64,000 nucleotides of DNA, taken from contig NC_135903.1 of NCBI RefSeq assembly GCF_964194155.1, forward strand, positions 7,936,001 to 8,000,000. Direction: 5' to 3'. This document shows, piece after piece, positions 37,740 to 52,545 of the stretch. Below the pieces are notes generated by a model, which made no database searches, was not told the DNA's origin, and saw only the letters and a program-made list of their open reading frames with translations. This DNA is from Cetorhinus maximus (Eukaryota). Made by a program: the position numbers and the translations under genes. The stretch's first letter is position 1. Each line of letters begins with the position of its first letter.

Positions 37740-40493
37740 GTACGTAGTTTTAAATACTTTTGAACAAAAATAGTTCTGATGTAATATTTATTGATTCTGT
37801 TTTCAATATAGATCAGATATTTCAAAAGGGGCAGAAGCATTGGAAGCATTAGTCCCAAAGGTTGAAACTACTCATTGTTTGATCTAGAACAAAAGATTTT
37901 ACAAATAAGGGTTAGATCCAAGGCAAATCAAAGAGGTGCCTACCTTCAAGCAGCAACATCTGACTCTCCCTTAGTTCCTGTCCACCCAGATAGTGCAGGA
38001 ATTTTGGGTGCAATCCCAGAGACATTATCCTGATTTATCTGTTAAAATAGGAGGTTCTTGTGTTGAGAAACTTGACTAAAGGACCACAATACAAATTGCA
38101 AGATACCAGAAAGGATGAAAACGTCAGGCAGATAATGAGGTAAATCAGTAAGTGGTGTCTAGTTGGTGCCAAGTTTGCTATGATTAGTGAATAACTCCAT
38201 TGTTGTTATATCATGCGACTAGAAGGATGGCAGAAGGTGAACTAGATGGACCGTGGTCCTCTTTTCCATGTAGTGATTCCTAGGTAAGTTAATGTTTGAA
38301 TGGCAGGTTGTAAGCGGACGGGAAGACCAAAGAAGTGAGGAGTTGCGTGATTTGTGGTCCATTCATGGACAGTACAATGAGACTTGATTTTACCACAGTC
38401 AGAATGAGGGAAAACTGTGGCTGCAAGGATGAGGGCTTTCAAAATTAATGAGTTATCTAGCTGGGCGACCTTTCAAGATACCTTTGTCGCATAGATATGA
38501 CAACAATACAATTTTAAAAACCCTCAAATTTGTAAAACTTAGCAACATTTATCCACCAACTGAAAGAGTAATTTTAAATGACCATGGTGAAAGAGATCAT
38601 CTTTCAGATTCCTGGCAGCTAGCTAATTACTTTAACATAGCGAGTTCAGAAAACATCTGACAAAGGGCCCCACCAAAATGTTAACTGACTGTATCTATGT
38701 TACAGGTGCTGACTAACCTATGTTTTACTTCTCTTATGGAATCCATAATTAAAATACTGTTGGGTCAAAGGTACTCTCAGCTGGGGACAAGGCTGAAGAG
38801 GCTACAACTGCATTAAAAAAAAGATGATCAGCATCTTGATTCAAACCATTTGCAATAATCAGGACAGGTTTGCAATTATTTTCACAAGAGTGTGAATAGG
38901 GCTGATGGAGTGCAGTTGGAATACAGAAAAGAAAGCTTATTTAGCAGTAGCTGCAGTTTTGATGAAAGATTATGGACTTGAAATGGTAACAACTGCTTCT
39001 CTCTCCACAGATGCTGTCTGATCTGCTGGGTATTTCCAACATTTTCTGATTTTATTTCAGATTTCCAGCATCTGCAGTATTTTGCTTATTACCTTCCAAT
39101 GTTCGGTTTCTCCCACCTGGAAGCTTTTGTCCAATGAAATCAAATTAAGAACCAGTTTAAATCATTTTCTGTAGTAGGAATTTTCCCCAAGCTTTTCTGA
39201 AGTCTGGGATGTTGAGATGGTAACCGCAAAATAACCAAAAGTACAAGCTGTTGCTTTCCCAAAGAAATGAACTTCCTCTACAGCTCATGACACAGAAGTA
39301 CTTTGTCACTTCATTCACAGGTAACATCTACACAGAAGAGTTCCTAAAGAACCTCCAACATGGCAGATATGATCAAAGCTCTAAACTTGGGTGCTGGTAC
39401 TGGTAGGTTGAAATGGAAAGTATTTAACTTCGCAACACTAGCAACCTTCGCTCCAGCACTAAAAACCCCTCATGATGAAGAATTGTGGATACCTAGGGAC
39501 TTTTAAAACATTTCTTTGTGATGTTCTGTAGTGAGATGAGCACAGCATGAGAGGATCTAATTACTGCAACATCACAGAAAAACAACCTGTAGCTGATTAC
39601 AGAAGAATTGCATTCTCAGATTAAGAATACTAGTGGGAAAGACAAAATACCTTTGCTTTCAGCAAAGACAGAATCCAAATGTACACATTAGTGCCATGTT
39701 GATCATTCCCAGTGAGCTTGGATAATCACCATTGAATTCAATGACACGCGAGGTTATTTGGTGCCTAGCAACATGACATAGCAACAGCTTGTGTCTGATT
39801 ATCATTGTCCCATGACATGTCTAGTTATCTGCTTCTGTCAGGTGCTGCATCACCTTTTTGGAAACACGTTGACATGCAAAGACATTGAAAGGACTTTTAC
39901 TTTTGTAAATGAGGTGAGATAAGCAGCTGGAGATAACAGATGTTTATTTCATGGTTTTTGACCCTGATGATTGTTTGGAGCTTAGAATGACCCAGGAAAA
40001 ATTGCACTGAGAAACAATGAACAACTGACAAAGCCCAGCACTTACTGCACTGGCAGCTCCGAGCACTGCCACTAATTGGTCAAGTCTTGTCAAAAATTTC
40101 TTCCTTTGAAGGTTCAATGGATAACACAATCCAGTGTAAATCTGAGTCATAGAGAACAGGAAGATCCCAAAATCGGTCCATTAGTCCATTCAGTAGGAGC
40201 ACCAATAACAGCCTAATAGTGCTCCAGAATGGCCTTGCTCTCAAGGTTGCAATTTAGAAGTTGAGCAAAACTAATAATAGGAAAATTTCAGGAAAACCCT
40301 CTTAAAAACAAAAAGGGTTGTGAGAATTTGGAACACATGCCCCCAGGCCAACATAAACATTATGTCACCTGAAGTGCTTAAAATAGAGACAAAACAAATT
40401 CTGGAGTAAAAATATTCAGGGATTCTAAAATGCTGGAAATCTGAAACAGGAGCAGAAAATTATGGAATGGTGCACATCTGAATCACAATAAAC

Positions 40494-40740
40494 CAGTGGT
40501 TCCCAAACTGTGGTTCGCGAACCCCTTGGGAATTCGCAGGAAAAACCCCACAAAGGCAAGAGTGGAAGTGTTTGCGCATCAAAATTATCGGAAAATGATA
40601 GCTTGTCGGTCTGGCACCCACCAAATGACCATGGCCCCGGCTCTCGGGCACCATGGACACCATCCCGATTGACAGGCTAGTTGGACAATGATTGCTATTG
40701 TTCTGACAGTTGAACGTGCCCTTGTCTCGCACCTGGTGAC
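40494..40740. mobile_element. hAT/Charlie-like DNA transposon end
   Basis: cagtggttcccaaactgtgg terminus; partner TIR not found. Confidence 0.45.
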
Positions 40741-41840
40741 TGGGCTTGAAGACTTGTCGGTGGTTGGGTGGTGCTGTGTCTCCTGCTTGGATTTCAGAGT
40801 TGAGTGAAGCTTTTAGCTAAGCACCTACATTTTAATTTAACTCCCCCGCTGGCCAGACTCCCCACCATCTTGGAAAGGCCGTCCCCCCTCCTCCTGACCC
40901 CGCCTGACCAAGTTGTCTGTGGCCCTGGCCTGGGCCCTTCTCCTCCCGACCTCTTCTCTAAATCCTAAAGGAGGGGAAGGGCCCTGGGCCACAGACAGTC
41001 ACCATGTCCTCCTTCCGCTCCCGACCTCTTCTGCGTCTTGAGGTTGACCCACCGCCCCCTCCCCCTCCCCCCCCAGTCCTGTCCCTCGATGATTGGTCTT
41101 TCATCCTGGGCGTTTACCTCTTCTTGGGGATCTCTTCTCTGAGTCCTCCCCTACTCCCATGACGCACTGTCAAAGCACTGGGGGAGGACTTTTGCCCATC
41201 GGAATGGTTGGGCGCTGCTTCTCTTACTGGTAGAAAATCATAGATGCCTTTATTGCATCCTTACAGACATGTGCCCTCACACCCAATACTAAAGGCTCCA
41301 TTTTGGTGGCAACTGGTGACATAATCTGGCCAGAATGGAGATGATTGGGCCATTCCCCCCAACCATCACACCTGGAGTCTAGCCATTCTGTAAGTAACTA
41401 GGTTTGATTTTGTGCATCAGATTTGTAGCTAGCTTTCACTTAGTGCATTTGGCTGGAGAAATAATCCTGCTGCATGCTGCTCAATAAAATTAATAATGTA
41501 ATTATTCATGATGTGCAATAAAGTGTCAGAAGAAAAGCAAATTTTATATTTCCAAGATCACTGCCTTTATAATTGATACTCAGGTAAGGGAGAAAATCCC
41601 TGGAAAATATTTTAAGGAGGAGGTTGGCCAAATTTGGCATTCTCATGAAAGAGAATGGTCTACTCCGGTTCCCATTTCTTTTGTTTCTCATGTTTAGGTA
41701 GCATTGACACAGTTACGGGGAGGCTTGATGCACACACGAGAGAGAATGAAACCAAGGATGATCGGGAGATTTAAATGGGAGGAGACTTTAGTCCAGAATA
41801 AATACTGGCAATACTAACCAGTTGGGTTAAATGGCCGTAG

Positions 41841-42056
<216 letters not shown>

Positions 42057-42949
42057 CACATGTGCAAAGACAGAGGACTGCAAAGTCTTAAGTCATTAAT
42101 TTTAACATCAGCAGGAGGGATTACTTTTTACAAGGACCATTGATGATGTTGGACAGTTTGGCAGGTTGAAAAATCAATACTTCAATTGCTACATTTTAAG
42201 AAGTTGGAATTTCAAGGAAGTCACTTCTCTTAGAGAAACAAATTGAATGTGATAATTCTGTGATGATCAAGAATAATCTGTCTGTGTAAACAATATGTTG
42301 TGTATGATCGGATATATCTCCTTAGATCCTAAAATAAAAGCATGTGCATGGGGGCAGAACTTTGCAACTGTATATTTTCAGCTCGCCATTTATCCTGTAT
42401 TTGATATTTTATTTCTGTAGGGAGAACTTCTTGCTTTGAACAGTTCTATTCAATTTCAGAGTGCATAACTAGCGTTAACATAGAGAGAGTCTTCAATAGG
42501 AATTCCATGTTTGGTGGTGACATCCAAGGCAAGTGGTTCTTGGATTCCTGAGGAGGAATCTTTGGTATTGCAACAAAAATATCAGACATTTGCTCGTCCA
42601 ATCCTGGGGTACGCAAGTTGTGTCTGGGATGCTTATATGGCATAAGATACAAGATTGAAGGGATCCAAAAACAATCTGCACAAATCAGTATGAAAAATAT
42701 ACCAGTGTCACATCCTGGATCAAAGATTTGGAATGGGAATCACTATAGCAAAGGAGGGGTAAAAATAGACTGACTGTGTTCTATAAAACTTGCAATGGAC
42801 TGGTGGGAATTGACAGAAACTAGTACCTGGTGCCCTCCGGCAATGACAGATTGTGAGGGAGCCATGCACACAAACTGCAAAGACCATTTGTTTCCAAGAC
42901 AGTGTATCAACAATCTTTCTTTCCAAGGACAATACCACAATGGAACGAA

Positions 42950-45722
42950 GGAGGACATAAATAATTTCCCAGAAATGTTAGGGAACCAAGGGTCTAGTGA
43001 GAGGGAGGAATTGAAGAAAATCAGTATTAGTAAAAAAATGGTGCTCAAGAAATTAATGGGGTTAAAGGCTGAAAAATCCCCAGGGCCTGATAATCCACAT
43101 CCCAGAGTACTAAAGGAAGTGGCATTGGTGGTCATCTTGCAAAATTCTATTGACTCTGGAACAGTTCCTACAGATTGTAAACCCACTATTTAAAAAAGGA
43201 GGGAGAGAAAAACAGAGAATTACAGACCAGTTAGCCTAACATCAGTAGTGGGGAAAATGCTAGAGTTTATTATAAAAGACGTGGTAACAGAACACTTGGA
43301 AAGCATTAACGGGATTAGACAAAGTCAGCATAGGTTTATGAAAGGGAAATCACCCTTAACTAACCATGGGATACAGGGAAATTTGATAAGGTGGATTCAA
43401 AATTGGCTTATTTGTAGGAGACAGGAGGTGATGACAGAAGGATGCTTGAGTGACTGGAAGCCAGTGTCCAGTGGCATACCACAGGGATCTGTGCTCGGTC
43501 CCCTATTATTTGTCATTTATATAAACGACATAGATGACTATGTGGGGGATAGGATTAGTAAATTTGCAGATTACACAAAGATTGGCTGGGGTGGTTAATA
43601 GTGAGATTGAGTGTCTTGGGCTACAGGAAGATATAGGCAGGATGGTCAAATGGGCAGATAAGTGGCAGGTGGAATTTAACCCTGAAAAATGTGAGGTGAT
43701 ACACTTTGGAAGGAGTAATTTGACAAGGAAGTATTCAATAAACGGCATGACACTAGGAAGTTCTGAGGAACAAAGGGACCTTGGCGTGTGTGTCCATAGA
43801 TCTCTGAAGGCAGAGGGGCATGTTAGTGGGGTGGTGAAAAAGGCATATGGGACACTTGCCTTTACCAGTCGAGGCATAGATTACAAAGGTAGGGAGGTCA
43901 TGTTGGAATTGTATAGAACCTTGGTGAGGCCACAGCTGGAGTACTGTGTGCAGTTCTGGTCGCCATATTATAGGAAGGATGTGATTACACTGGAGGGGTT
44001 GCAGAGGAGATTCACCAGGATGTTGCCTGGGATGAAACATTAAAGTTATGAAGAGAGGTTGGATAGACTTGGATTGTTTTCGATGGAGCAGAGAAGACTG
44101 AGGGGTGACCTGACTGATGTGTACAAGATTATGAGGGGCATGGACAGGGTGGATAGGGAGCAGCTGTTCCCCTTAGTTGAAGGGTCAGTCACAAGGGGAC
44201 ATAAGTTCAAGGTGAGGGGCAGGAGGTTTAGGGGGGATGTGAGGAAAATTTTTTTACCCAGAGGGTGGTGACGGTCTGGAATGCACTGCCTGGGAGGGTG
44301 GTGGAGGCGGGTTGCCTCACATCCTTTAAAAAGTACCCGGATGAGCACTTGGCACGTCATAACATTCAAGGCTATGGGCCACGTGCTGGTAAATGGGATT
44401 AGGTAGGTAGGTCAGGTGTTTCTCACATGTCGGTGCAGACTCAATGGGCCGAAGGGCCTCTTCTGCACTGTGTGATTATGTGATAATCTACTGGAGTGTT
44501 TTGAGGATGTAACTAATAGAATAGATAAGGGAGAACCAGTGGATGTGGTGATTAGGTCCCACATAAGAGGCTAGTGGACAAAATTAAAGCACATGGGATC
44601 TGGGGTAATATACTGGCACGGATTGAGCATTGGTTGACAGACCGGAAACAGAGAGTGGGAATAAGTGTGTCTTTTTTGGGATGGCAGGTGGTGACTAGTG
44701 GTGTCCCACAAGGATCAGAGCTTGGGCCCCAGCTATTCACGATATATATAAATGACCTGGATGAGGAAACCAAATGCAATATTTCCAAGTTTGCTGGTGG
44801 CACAAAACTGGGCGGGGTTATGAGGAGGATGCAAGGAGGCTTCAGGGAGATTTAGACAAGTGTGTGTGGGCAAACACATGGCAGATGCAGTACAATGTGG
44901 ATAAATGTGAAGTTATATGCTTCGGTGCGAAAAACAAAGGCAGAAAGGCGGAGTATTATTTAAATGGTGACATATTGGGAAATGTGGATGTACAAAGGGA
45001 TCTGGGTGTCTTTGTACACCAGTCAATGAAAGTAAACAGGCAGGTGCAGCAAGCAATTAGGAAGGCAAATGATATGTTGGCTTTCATTGCCAGAGGATTT
45101 GAGTTCAGAAGTAGGGATGTCTTACTACAGTTATACAAGGCCTTGGTGAGACCACGCCTGGAGTATTGCGTGCAGTTTTGGTCCCCCTACCTAAGAAAGG
45201 ATATACTTGCCATAGATGGAGTGCAGCAAAGGTTCATTAGGCTGATACCGGGGATGGCAGGACTGTGGTATGAGGAGAGTTTGGTTCGACTGGGCCTATA
45301 TTCACTAGAGTTTAGAAGAATGAGAGGGGATCTGATTGAAACGTATAAAATTCTAACAGGTCTAGACAGACTAGATGCAGGGAGGATATTTCCCCTGGTT
45401 GGGGAGTCTCGAACCAGGAGCCACAGTCTTGGGATACGGAGCAGGCCATTTAGGACTGAGATGAGGGAAGATTTCTTCACTCAGAGACTCAGAGGGTGAT
45501 CAACCTGTGAAATTCTCTACCACAGAAGGCTGTGGAGGCCGGGTCACTGAGTATATTCAAGAAAGAAATTGATAATTTTTTTGGATATTAAGGGCATCAA
45601 GGGGTATGGAGAGAAAGTGGGAATATGGAGTTGAGATATAGGATCAGTCATGATCACATTGAATGGCGGAGAAGGCTCGAAGGGCCGAATGGCCTACTCC
45701 TGTTCTTAGTTTCTATGTTTCT
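42950..45722 (+). mobile_element. Nested CR1 LINEs (outer 42950-43363 + 44484-45722; inner about 43364-44483), frameshifted RT ORFs
   Basis: KSPGPD, SGIPQGSVLGPLLF.IYIND, KFADYTK, RPQLEYCVQFWSP motifs; two RT/C-terminal sets, each with its own 3' tail. Confidence 0.92.
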
Positions 45723-46678
45723 AAGCTGCCAAAGGAAATAGCCTTGGCCCCATCACTTGAAATCTTCAGTATTCATCTTTAGATTCTTTCCATTTAAAAG
45801 TTTTCATTATCAGGATTACCATCTCAGCAGTTCATGCCTGGTTTAGCTTGCACTACCCATATAAATGTTGGCAGAATACGGGTATTAGTCTGTGCTGCTG
45901 ACACAACTGAAGCAGAAGGTTGGCAAATGAAAATCTTTACAGCATGGCAATTTAATATCTGCCATATTATTTCCAATTTGGGAATAAAAGGCTGTCACAT
46001 GTGGAGATGAACTCTGCCAGAAGAGCTCCCACATTTGTTTTAGTACCTTTTAGACTGGGTAACTAGATTTCCCTACTTCACTGTTTGCCATTGTTAATGG
46101 ACAATTTTTGCTAGGCAAGGATATAAAAGGATACTGAGTTAAGGCAGGCAGATGGAATTAATATGCTCGTCAGCCATGATCTCATTGAATCGTGTGTACT
46201 TCTGGGTTAGATGGTTGTGGGTTCAAGGCCTGGGTTTAGAATTCAGGCCAACAGAATTTAGACATTAAACTGACTCTCTGTCTGTCTCTTCAGGTAGATG
46301 TGGTGCCATTTTCCTGGTGTCATGGCCAATATTTCTCCCTCAACCTATACCACCAAAAAAAAGTTGTCATACCTGTCTATAGGTCAGCTGAGAGTCTTTG
46401 CCTCTAAGTTAGAAGGTTGTGAGTTCAAGTCCCACCATGGAGGCTTGAACACAAAATTTCGGCTGACATTTCAGTGCAGTTCTAAAGGAATGCTACACCA
46501 TCAGAGGTGCCTTCTTTCAGAAGAACGGTGATTACACTTGGAAAAGTACTTTGGCTGTGAAGTGCTCTACATTGTCCTGAGGTCCTGAAAAGCCTTTATT
46601 TTACACAGCTGTGCTTAGACATGTTTTTGACAATGTGGCAAAGCACTGTATAAATGCAAGCATTTCTTTTATGGCCTG

Positions 46679-47645
46679 CGTTGCGGACCAGAGGAGGATT
46701 AATTTAAACAGTCCTGATTTCTCCACTCACTACCCATCTGTAAACAGAAAGGTATTTTTGATTTCTTCCTTTATAAGTGGTGGTGTTTTTTCCCCAACTC
46801 CTCAGTTGGAATGGTCTAATCCTCTAATAACCTCACAGCAAACTCGAGATGTGGTAAAATAAGAGAGTTGGTTTATTTTATACACACACACACACACAAC
46901 TTGGGAAAGGGGTTTCGCAATGTCCACCCCTTTTATTGCATTCATAAAATAACAGAGGGATAAGGGAAAGAAAGGGGTTTAGGGCAAAGACCACAATAAA
47001 AATAACAATTATGGTTTCATGTGAGACCAGAGTCCAGAATCAAAGTCCAAAGAGGAATTCTTTCACCGAGTTCGGCTGTCTGAAGACTGGTGGTGTAAGA
47101 TTTGCTTTTCCTGCGGTGTTGATGTCCCAAGATGAAGTAGGCATGCAGAGGTTGAATCAGTTCTGTAGGTGATAGTACAAAATCTTCCCGGCAGAGTCAG
47201 GTTAGATGGGGGCCAGCTGTCCAAGAGCTTGCTTCCGTGCGGCCTGCCAGCAAGATGTTAAACAGCAGACTGAAGATGGAATACGAAAGCTGTATCATTT
47301 AAGTAATTGAAACCGTTCAAAACTCAATCATGTGACAGGGTGGTTTCAGGTTCAGCTAACAAGGCCCCTTGTTAAAACCCATTGTGTTTTGAGCAGGTAA
47401 CTGTAGAACCATTAGCACGACATTGGAGATGAGGAGTCAAAAATAGCTCTGCCTTTGTCCATAGCTGGCTGGTGCAGACGTCTTGCCTACTATCCTTTGT
47501 GTTTGCTTGGATGGAATGTTTATATAATGCAAGAAGTGTTACATTCCAGGGGTTTGATGTGTTAGCCTTTTATCCATTTATAAAATGCTCAGAAACTTCT
47601 AGAGTTACCTTCATGTGGTCAGCAGTGGCCTTTTTTATCAGTCCA
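46679..47645 (-). mobile_element. Solo-LTR-like element, related to 57813-59007
   Basis: Start cgttgcggac vs tgttacggac; shared tttattt..(ca)n, ccagagtcc..tcaaagt and tcatgtgac blocks. Confidence 0.55.
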
Positions 47646-47649
47646 GCCT

Positions 47650-48135
47650 TTTTAACTCATTCATGGGATATGGGCATCTCTGACTAAGCCAGCATTTATC
47701 ATTCATCCCTAATTTCCCTTGAGAAGGTGGTGGTGAGCCACCTTCTTGAACCGCTGCAGTCCCTGTGGCGTAGGTACACCACTGTTAGGAAGAGAGTTCC
47801 AGGAATTTTGACCCAGCAACAGTGAAGGAATGGCGATATATTTCCAAGTCAGGATGATGAGTGGCTTGGAGGGGAAATTCCAAGTGGTAATGTTCCCATG
47901 TGTCTGCTGCCCTTGTCCTTCTAGATAGTAGTGGTCATGGATTTGGAAGGTGCTTTCTAAAGAGCCTTGGTAAGTTCCTGCAGTGCATTTGTAGATAGTA
48001 CACACTGCCATCACTGTGTCGGTGGTGGAGGGAGTGAATATTTGTGGATGGGGTGCCAATCAATGCAGACTACTTTGCCATGGATGGTGTCGAACTTCTT
48101 GAGTGTTGTTGGAGCTGCACTCATCCAGGCAAGTG
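47650..48135 (-). mobile_element. 3' fragment of the LINE family seen at 49408-52545
   Basis: ORF 47709-48059 AVCTIYK..FPSKPL.ILTWKYIAIPSLLLGQN matches ORF 52199-52438. Further pieces at about 20905-21235 and 32830-33245. Confidence 0.85.
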
Positions 48136-48139
48136 TTCA

Positions 48140-49205
48140 CTATAGAGGATACAAAAAACATTCCAGTAATAGCTGCAAATCAGGAGGTGAACGGGAGAAA
48201 GGAACTTGGTGAAACTGAAATCACTGGGGAAATGGTACTGAGCAAACTGATGGAGCTGTGGGCTGGCAAGTCTCCAGGTCCCGACGGACTAAATCCTAGG
48301 GTCTTAAAAGAGGTGCTAATGAGGTAATTGATGTGCTGGTGTTAATTTTCCAAAATTCGCTAGATTCTGAAAAGGTGCCATCAGAATGTAGCAAATATAA
48401 CCCCGCTATTCAAGAAGGGAGGGAGACAGAAAACAGGAAGCTATAGCCAGTTAGCTTGACGTCTGTCGTGGGGAAGTTATTAGAATTGATCATTAAGGAG
48501 GTTATAGCTGGGCACTTAGAAAAGCTCAAGGCAATAGGGGAGAGTCAGCATGGTTTTGTTCAAGGAAAATAATGTTGAACCAATTTATTGGAATTTTTTG
48601 AAGGAGTAACATGCGCAATGGATAAAGGGGAGCCTGTAGACGTACTGTACTTGGATTTCTAGTAGGCATTTGATAAGGTGCCACGTCAAAGATTATTACG
48701 AAAAATAAAACCTCATGGTGTAGGGCGTAACATATTAGCATGGATAGAAGATTGGCTGGCTGGCAGGAAGCAGAGAGTATGGTCTTTGTCTGATTGGCAG
48801 GGTGTGACAAGTGGAGTCCCACAGGGAACGGTACTGGGCCCTCAATTTCTTACAATTTACATGAATGACTTAGATGAGGGGAGTGAAGACATGGTAGCTA
48901 AATTTGCAGATGACACAAAGATAGGTAAGAAAGTATGTTGTGAAGAGGACATGAGGAGGTTGCAGATGGATATAGGTAAGTTGAGTGAGTGGGCAAAGAT
49001 CTGGCAAATGGAATGTTATGTGGGAAAATGTGAAGTTGTTCACTTTGGCAGAAAGAACAAAAAAGCAGAGTATTACTTAAATGGAGAAGGGCTGCATAAT
49101 TCTGAGGTGCAGAGGGATCTGGGTGTTCTAGTACATGAGTCACAAAAAGTTACTATGCAGGTACAGCATGTAATTGAGAAGGCTAATGGAATGCTATCCT
49201 TTATC
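48140..49205 (+). mobile_element. CR1 LINE internal RT fragment
   Basis: KSPGPDG, SGVPQGTVLGP..YMNDLD..KFADDTK. Confidence 0.88.
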
Positions 49206-49407
49206 TGGTCATCATCTCATTGCTGTTTGTGAGAGCTTGCTGTGTATGTTTCCATGTTTCTTACATTACAACAGTAGCCACACTTCAAAATGTACTTCAT
49301 TGACTGTAAAGTGCTTTGGGCTGTCTGGTGGTCGTGAAAGATGCAATTGAAATGTCTTTCTTTCACTGAATGGCAAGATGGCACATCAGGTGGAAGATGA
49401 CATGAAG

Positions 49408-52400
49408 GAGGCAGTGGCACAGTGGTATTGTCACTGGGACCCAGGGTAACGATCTGTAGACCCAGGTTCGAATACTACCGCAGCAGATGGTGAAATTTGA
49501 ATCCAATTAAAAGTCTGATGATGACCATGAAACCATTGTCAATCGTCATAAAAACGCATCTGGTTCACTAATGCCCTTTAGGGAAGGAAATCTGCTGTCC
49601 TTACCTGGCCTCCAGATCCACAACAACATAGCTGACTCTTAAATCCCTGTGAAATGGCCCATCATACTGCTAGAAAGTTTCAAATGAATGAAACCGGAAG
49701 GACCCCACCCGGCATCGACCTAGATACTGGAAACAACAATGTCAAACTCAGCCCGGTCGACTCTGCAAAGTCCTCCTTACTAACATCAAAATTGGGAGAG
49801 CTGCCTTTCAAGCTAGTCAAGCAACTGCCTGACATAGTCATACTCACGGAATCATACTTTACAGACAATGGTCCCAGACATCACCATCATCATCCCTGGG
49901 TATGTCCATCCCACTGGCAGGACAGAGCCAGCAGAGGCGGTGGTACAGTGGTTTACAAGTCAGAAGAGAGTTGCCCTGGGAGTCCTCAACATTGACTCCA
50001 GACCCCAAAAATCTCATAGCATCAGGTCAAACATGGGCAAGGAAACCTCCAGCTCATTACCACGTACCACCACCCACAGCACCACCCGCCGCGTGACCCC
50101 CCCCACCCGAGATGATGAATCAGTTCTCCTCCATGTTGAAAGCCGTTCAGAGGAAGCACTGAAGGTGGAAAGGGTGCAGAATGTACTCTGGGTAGGGGAC
50201 TTCAATGTCCAACACAAAGAGTGGCCCAGTAGCACCACTACAGACTGAGCTGGCTAGACTGGGTCTACAGCAGATGCTGAGAGATCCAACAAGGGGAAAC
50301 CATCCTAGACCTCATCCTCACCAACCTGCCTGCTGCAGATGCATTTGTCCATGACATTAACAGTAGGAGCAACCACTGCACAGTCCTTGTGGAGATGAAG
50401 ATCCGACTTCACATTTAGGATACCCTCCATCGTGTTGTGTGGCACCACCATCATGATAAATGGGATAGACTTCAAACCAATTTAACAACTCAAGTGGGCA
50501 TCCATGAAGCGCTGTAGAACATCAGCAGCGGCAGAATTGTACTCAACCACAATCTGTGGCCCAGCATATCCCCCACTCTACCATTACCATCAAACCAGGG
50601 GATCAACCCTGGTTTAATGAAGAATGCAGGAGGGCATACCAAAAACAGCACCAGGCATATCTAGAAGTGAGGTGTCAACCTGGTGAAGCTATAGCACAGG
50701 ACTACTTGCATGCCAAACAACATAAACAGCAAATGATAGACAGAGCTAAGCGATTCCACAACCAACGGATCAGATTTAAGCTCTGCAGTCCTGCCACATC
50801 CAGTCGTGAATGGTGGTGGATGATTAAACAACCTACTGGTGGAGGAGGCTCCACAAATATTCCATCCTCAATGATGGGGGAGCCCAGCACATTAGTGCAA
50901 AAAATAAGGCTGAAGCATTTGCAAGAATCTTCAGCCAGAAGTGCCAAGTGGATGATCCATCTTGGCCTCCTCTGGAGGTCCTCAGCATCATAAATACCAT
51001 TCTTCAGCCAATTTGATTCACACCACATGATATGAAGAAATGGCTGAAGGCACTAGATACCGCAAAGGCTATGGGCCCTGACAATATTCCAGCAATAGTA
51101 TTGAAGTATTGTGTTCCAGAACTTTCCACGACCCTAGCCATGCTGTTCCAGTACAGCTACAACACTGTGGAAAATTGCCCAGGTATGTCCTGTACACCAA
51201 ATGCAGGACAAATTCAACCCAGCCAATTACCGCCCCATCAGTCTACTCTCGATCATCAGTAAAGTGATGGAAGGGGTCATCAATAGTACTATTAAGTGGC
51301 ACTTGCTTAGCAATAACCTGCTCACTGATGCTCAGTTTGGGTTCTGCCAGGGCCATTTGGCTCCTGATCTCTTCACAGCCTTAGTTCAAACGTGGACAAA
51401 AGAGCTGAACTCCTGAGGTGAGGTGAGAGTGACTGCCTTTGACATCAAGGCAGCATTTGACTGAGTGTGGCATCAAGGAGCCTTAGCAAAACTGGGGTCA
51501 ATGGGAATCAGGGGAAACTCTCCACAGGTTGGAGTCACACCTAGCACAAAGAAGATGGCTGTGCTTGTTGGAGGTCAATCATCTCAGCTCCAGGACATCA
51601 CTGCCGGAGTTCATCAGGGTAGTGTCCTTGGTCCAACCATCTTCAACCGCTTTATCAATGACCTTGCTTCCATCATAAGGTCAGAAGTGGGGATGTTCGC
51701 TGATGATTGCACAATGTTCAGCACCATTCGCGACTCCTCAGATACTGAAGTAGTCCATGTCCAAATGCAGCAAGACCTGGGCTGACAAGTGGCATGTAAC
51801 ATTCACACCACACAAGTGTCAGGCAATGACCATCTCCAACAAGAGAGAATGTAACCATTGCTCCATGTCATTCAATAGCATTACCATCGCTGAATCCCCC
51901 ACTATCATTGGGGGTTACCATTGACCGGAAACTGAACTGGGCCAACCATATAAATACTGTGACTACATGAGCAGGTCAGAGGCTAGGAATCGTGTGATGA
52001 GTAACTCACCTCCTGACTCCTCGAAGCCTGTCCACCATCTACAAGGCACAAGTCAGGAGTGTGATGGAATATTCTCCACTTGCCTGGATGAGTGTAGCTC
52101 CCACAACACTCAAAAAGTTTGACACCATCCTGGACAAAGCAGCCTAACTGATTGGCACCCCTTCCACAAACATTCACTCTCTCCACCACCAACATATAGT
52201 GGCAGCAGTGTGTACCATCTACAAGATGCACTGTAGGAATTCACCAAACCCCCTTGACAGCACCTTCCAAACCCACAACCACTACCATCTAGCAGGACAA
52301 GGGTATCAGACAGATGGGAACGCCATCAACTGGAAGTTTCCCTCCAAGCCACTCACCATCATGACTTGGAAATATATCGCCATTCCTTCACTGTTGCTGG

Positions 52401-52545
52401 GTCAAAATCCTGGAACTCCCTCCCTAACAGCACTGTAGGTGTACCTACACCACATGGACTTTAGCTGTTCAAGTAGGTCAGTACCACCTTCTCCAGGGCA
52501 ATTGGTGATGGGCAATACGTTCACATCCCATGAACAAATGAAAAG
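49408..52545 (+). mobile_element. Near-full-length decayed single-ORF LINE (CR1 group; APE endonuclease + RT) with tRNA-SINE-like 5' end
   Basis: EN motifs DIVILTESY and WVGDFNV; KAMGPDNIP, NYRPISLLS, GVHQGSVLGP, MFADDCT; 5' A box tggcacagtgg and B box ggttcgaatac. Confidence 0.85.

Noticed and set aside
49408-49490. tRNA gene
   Set aside because: A and B boxes are present but there is no cloverleaf; it is a SINE/LINE head.
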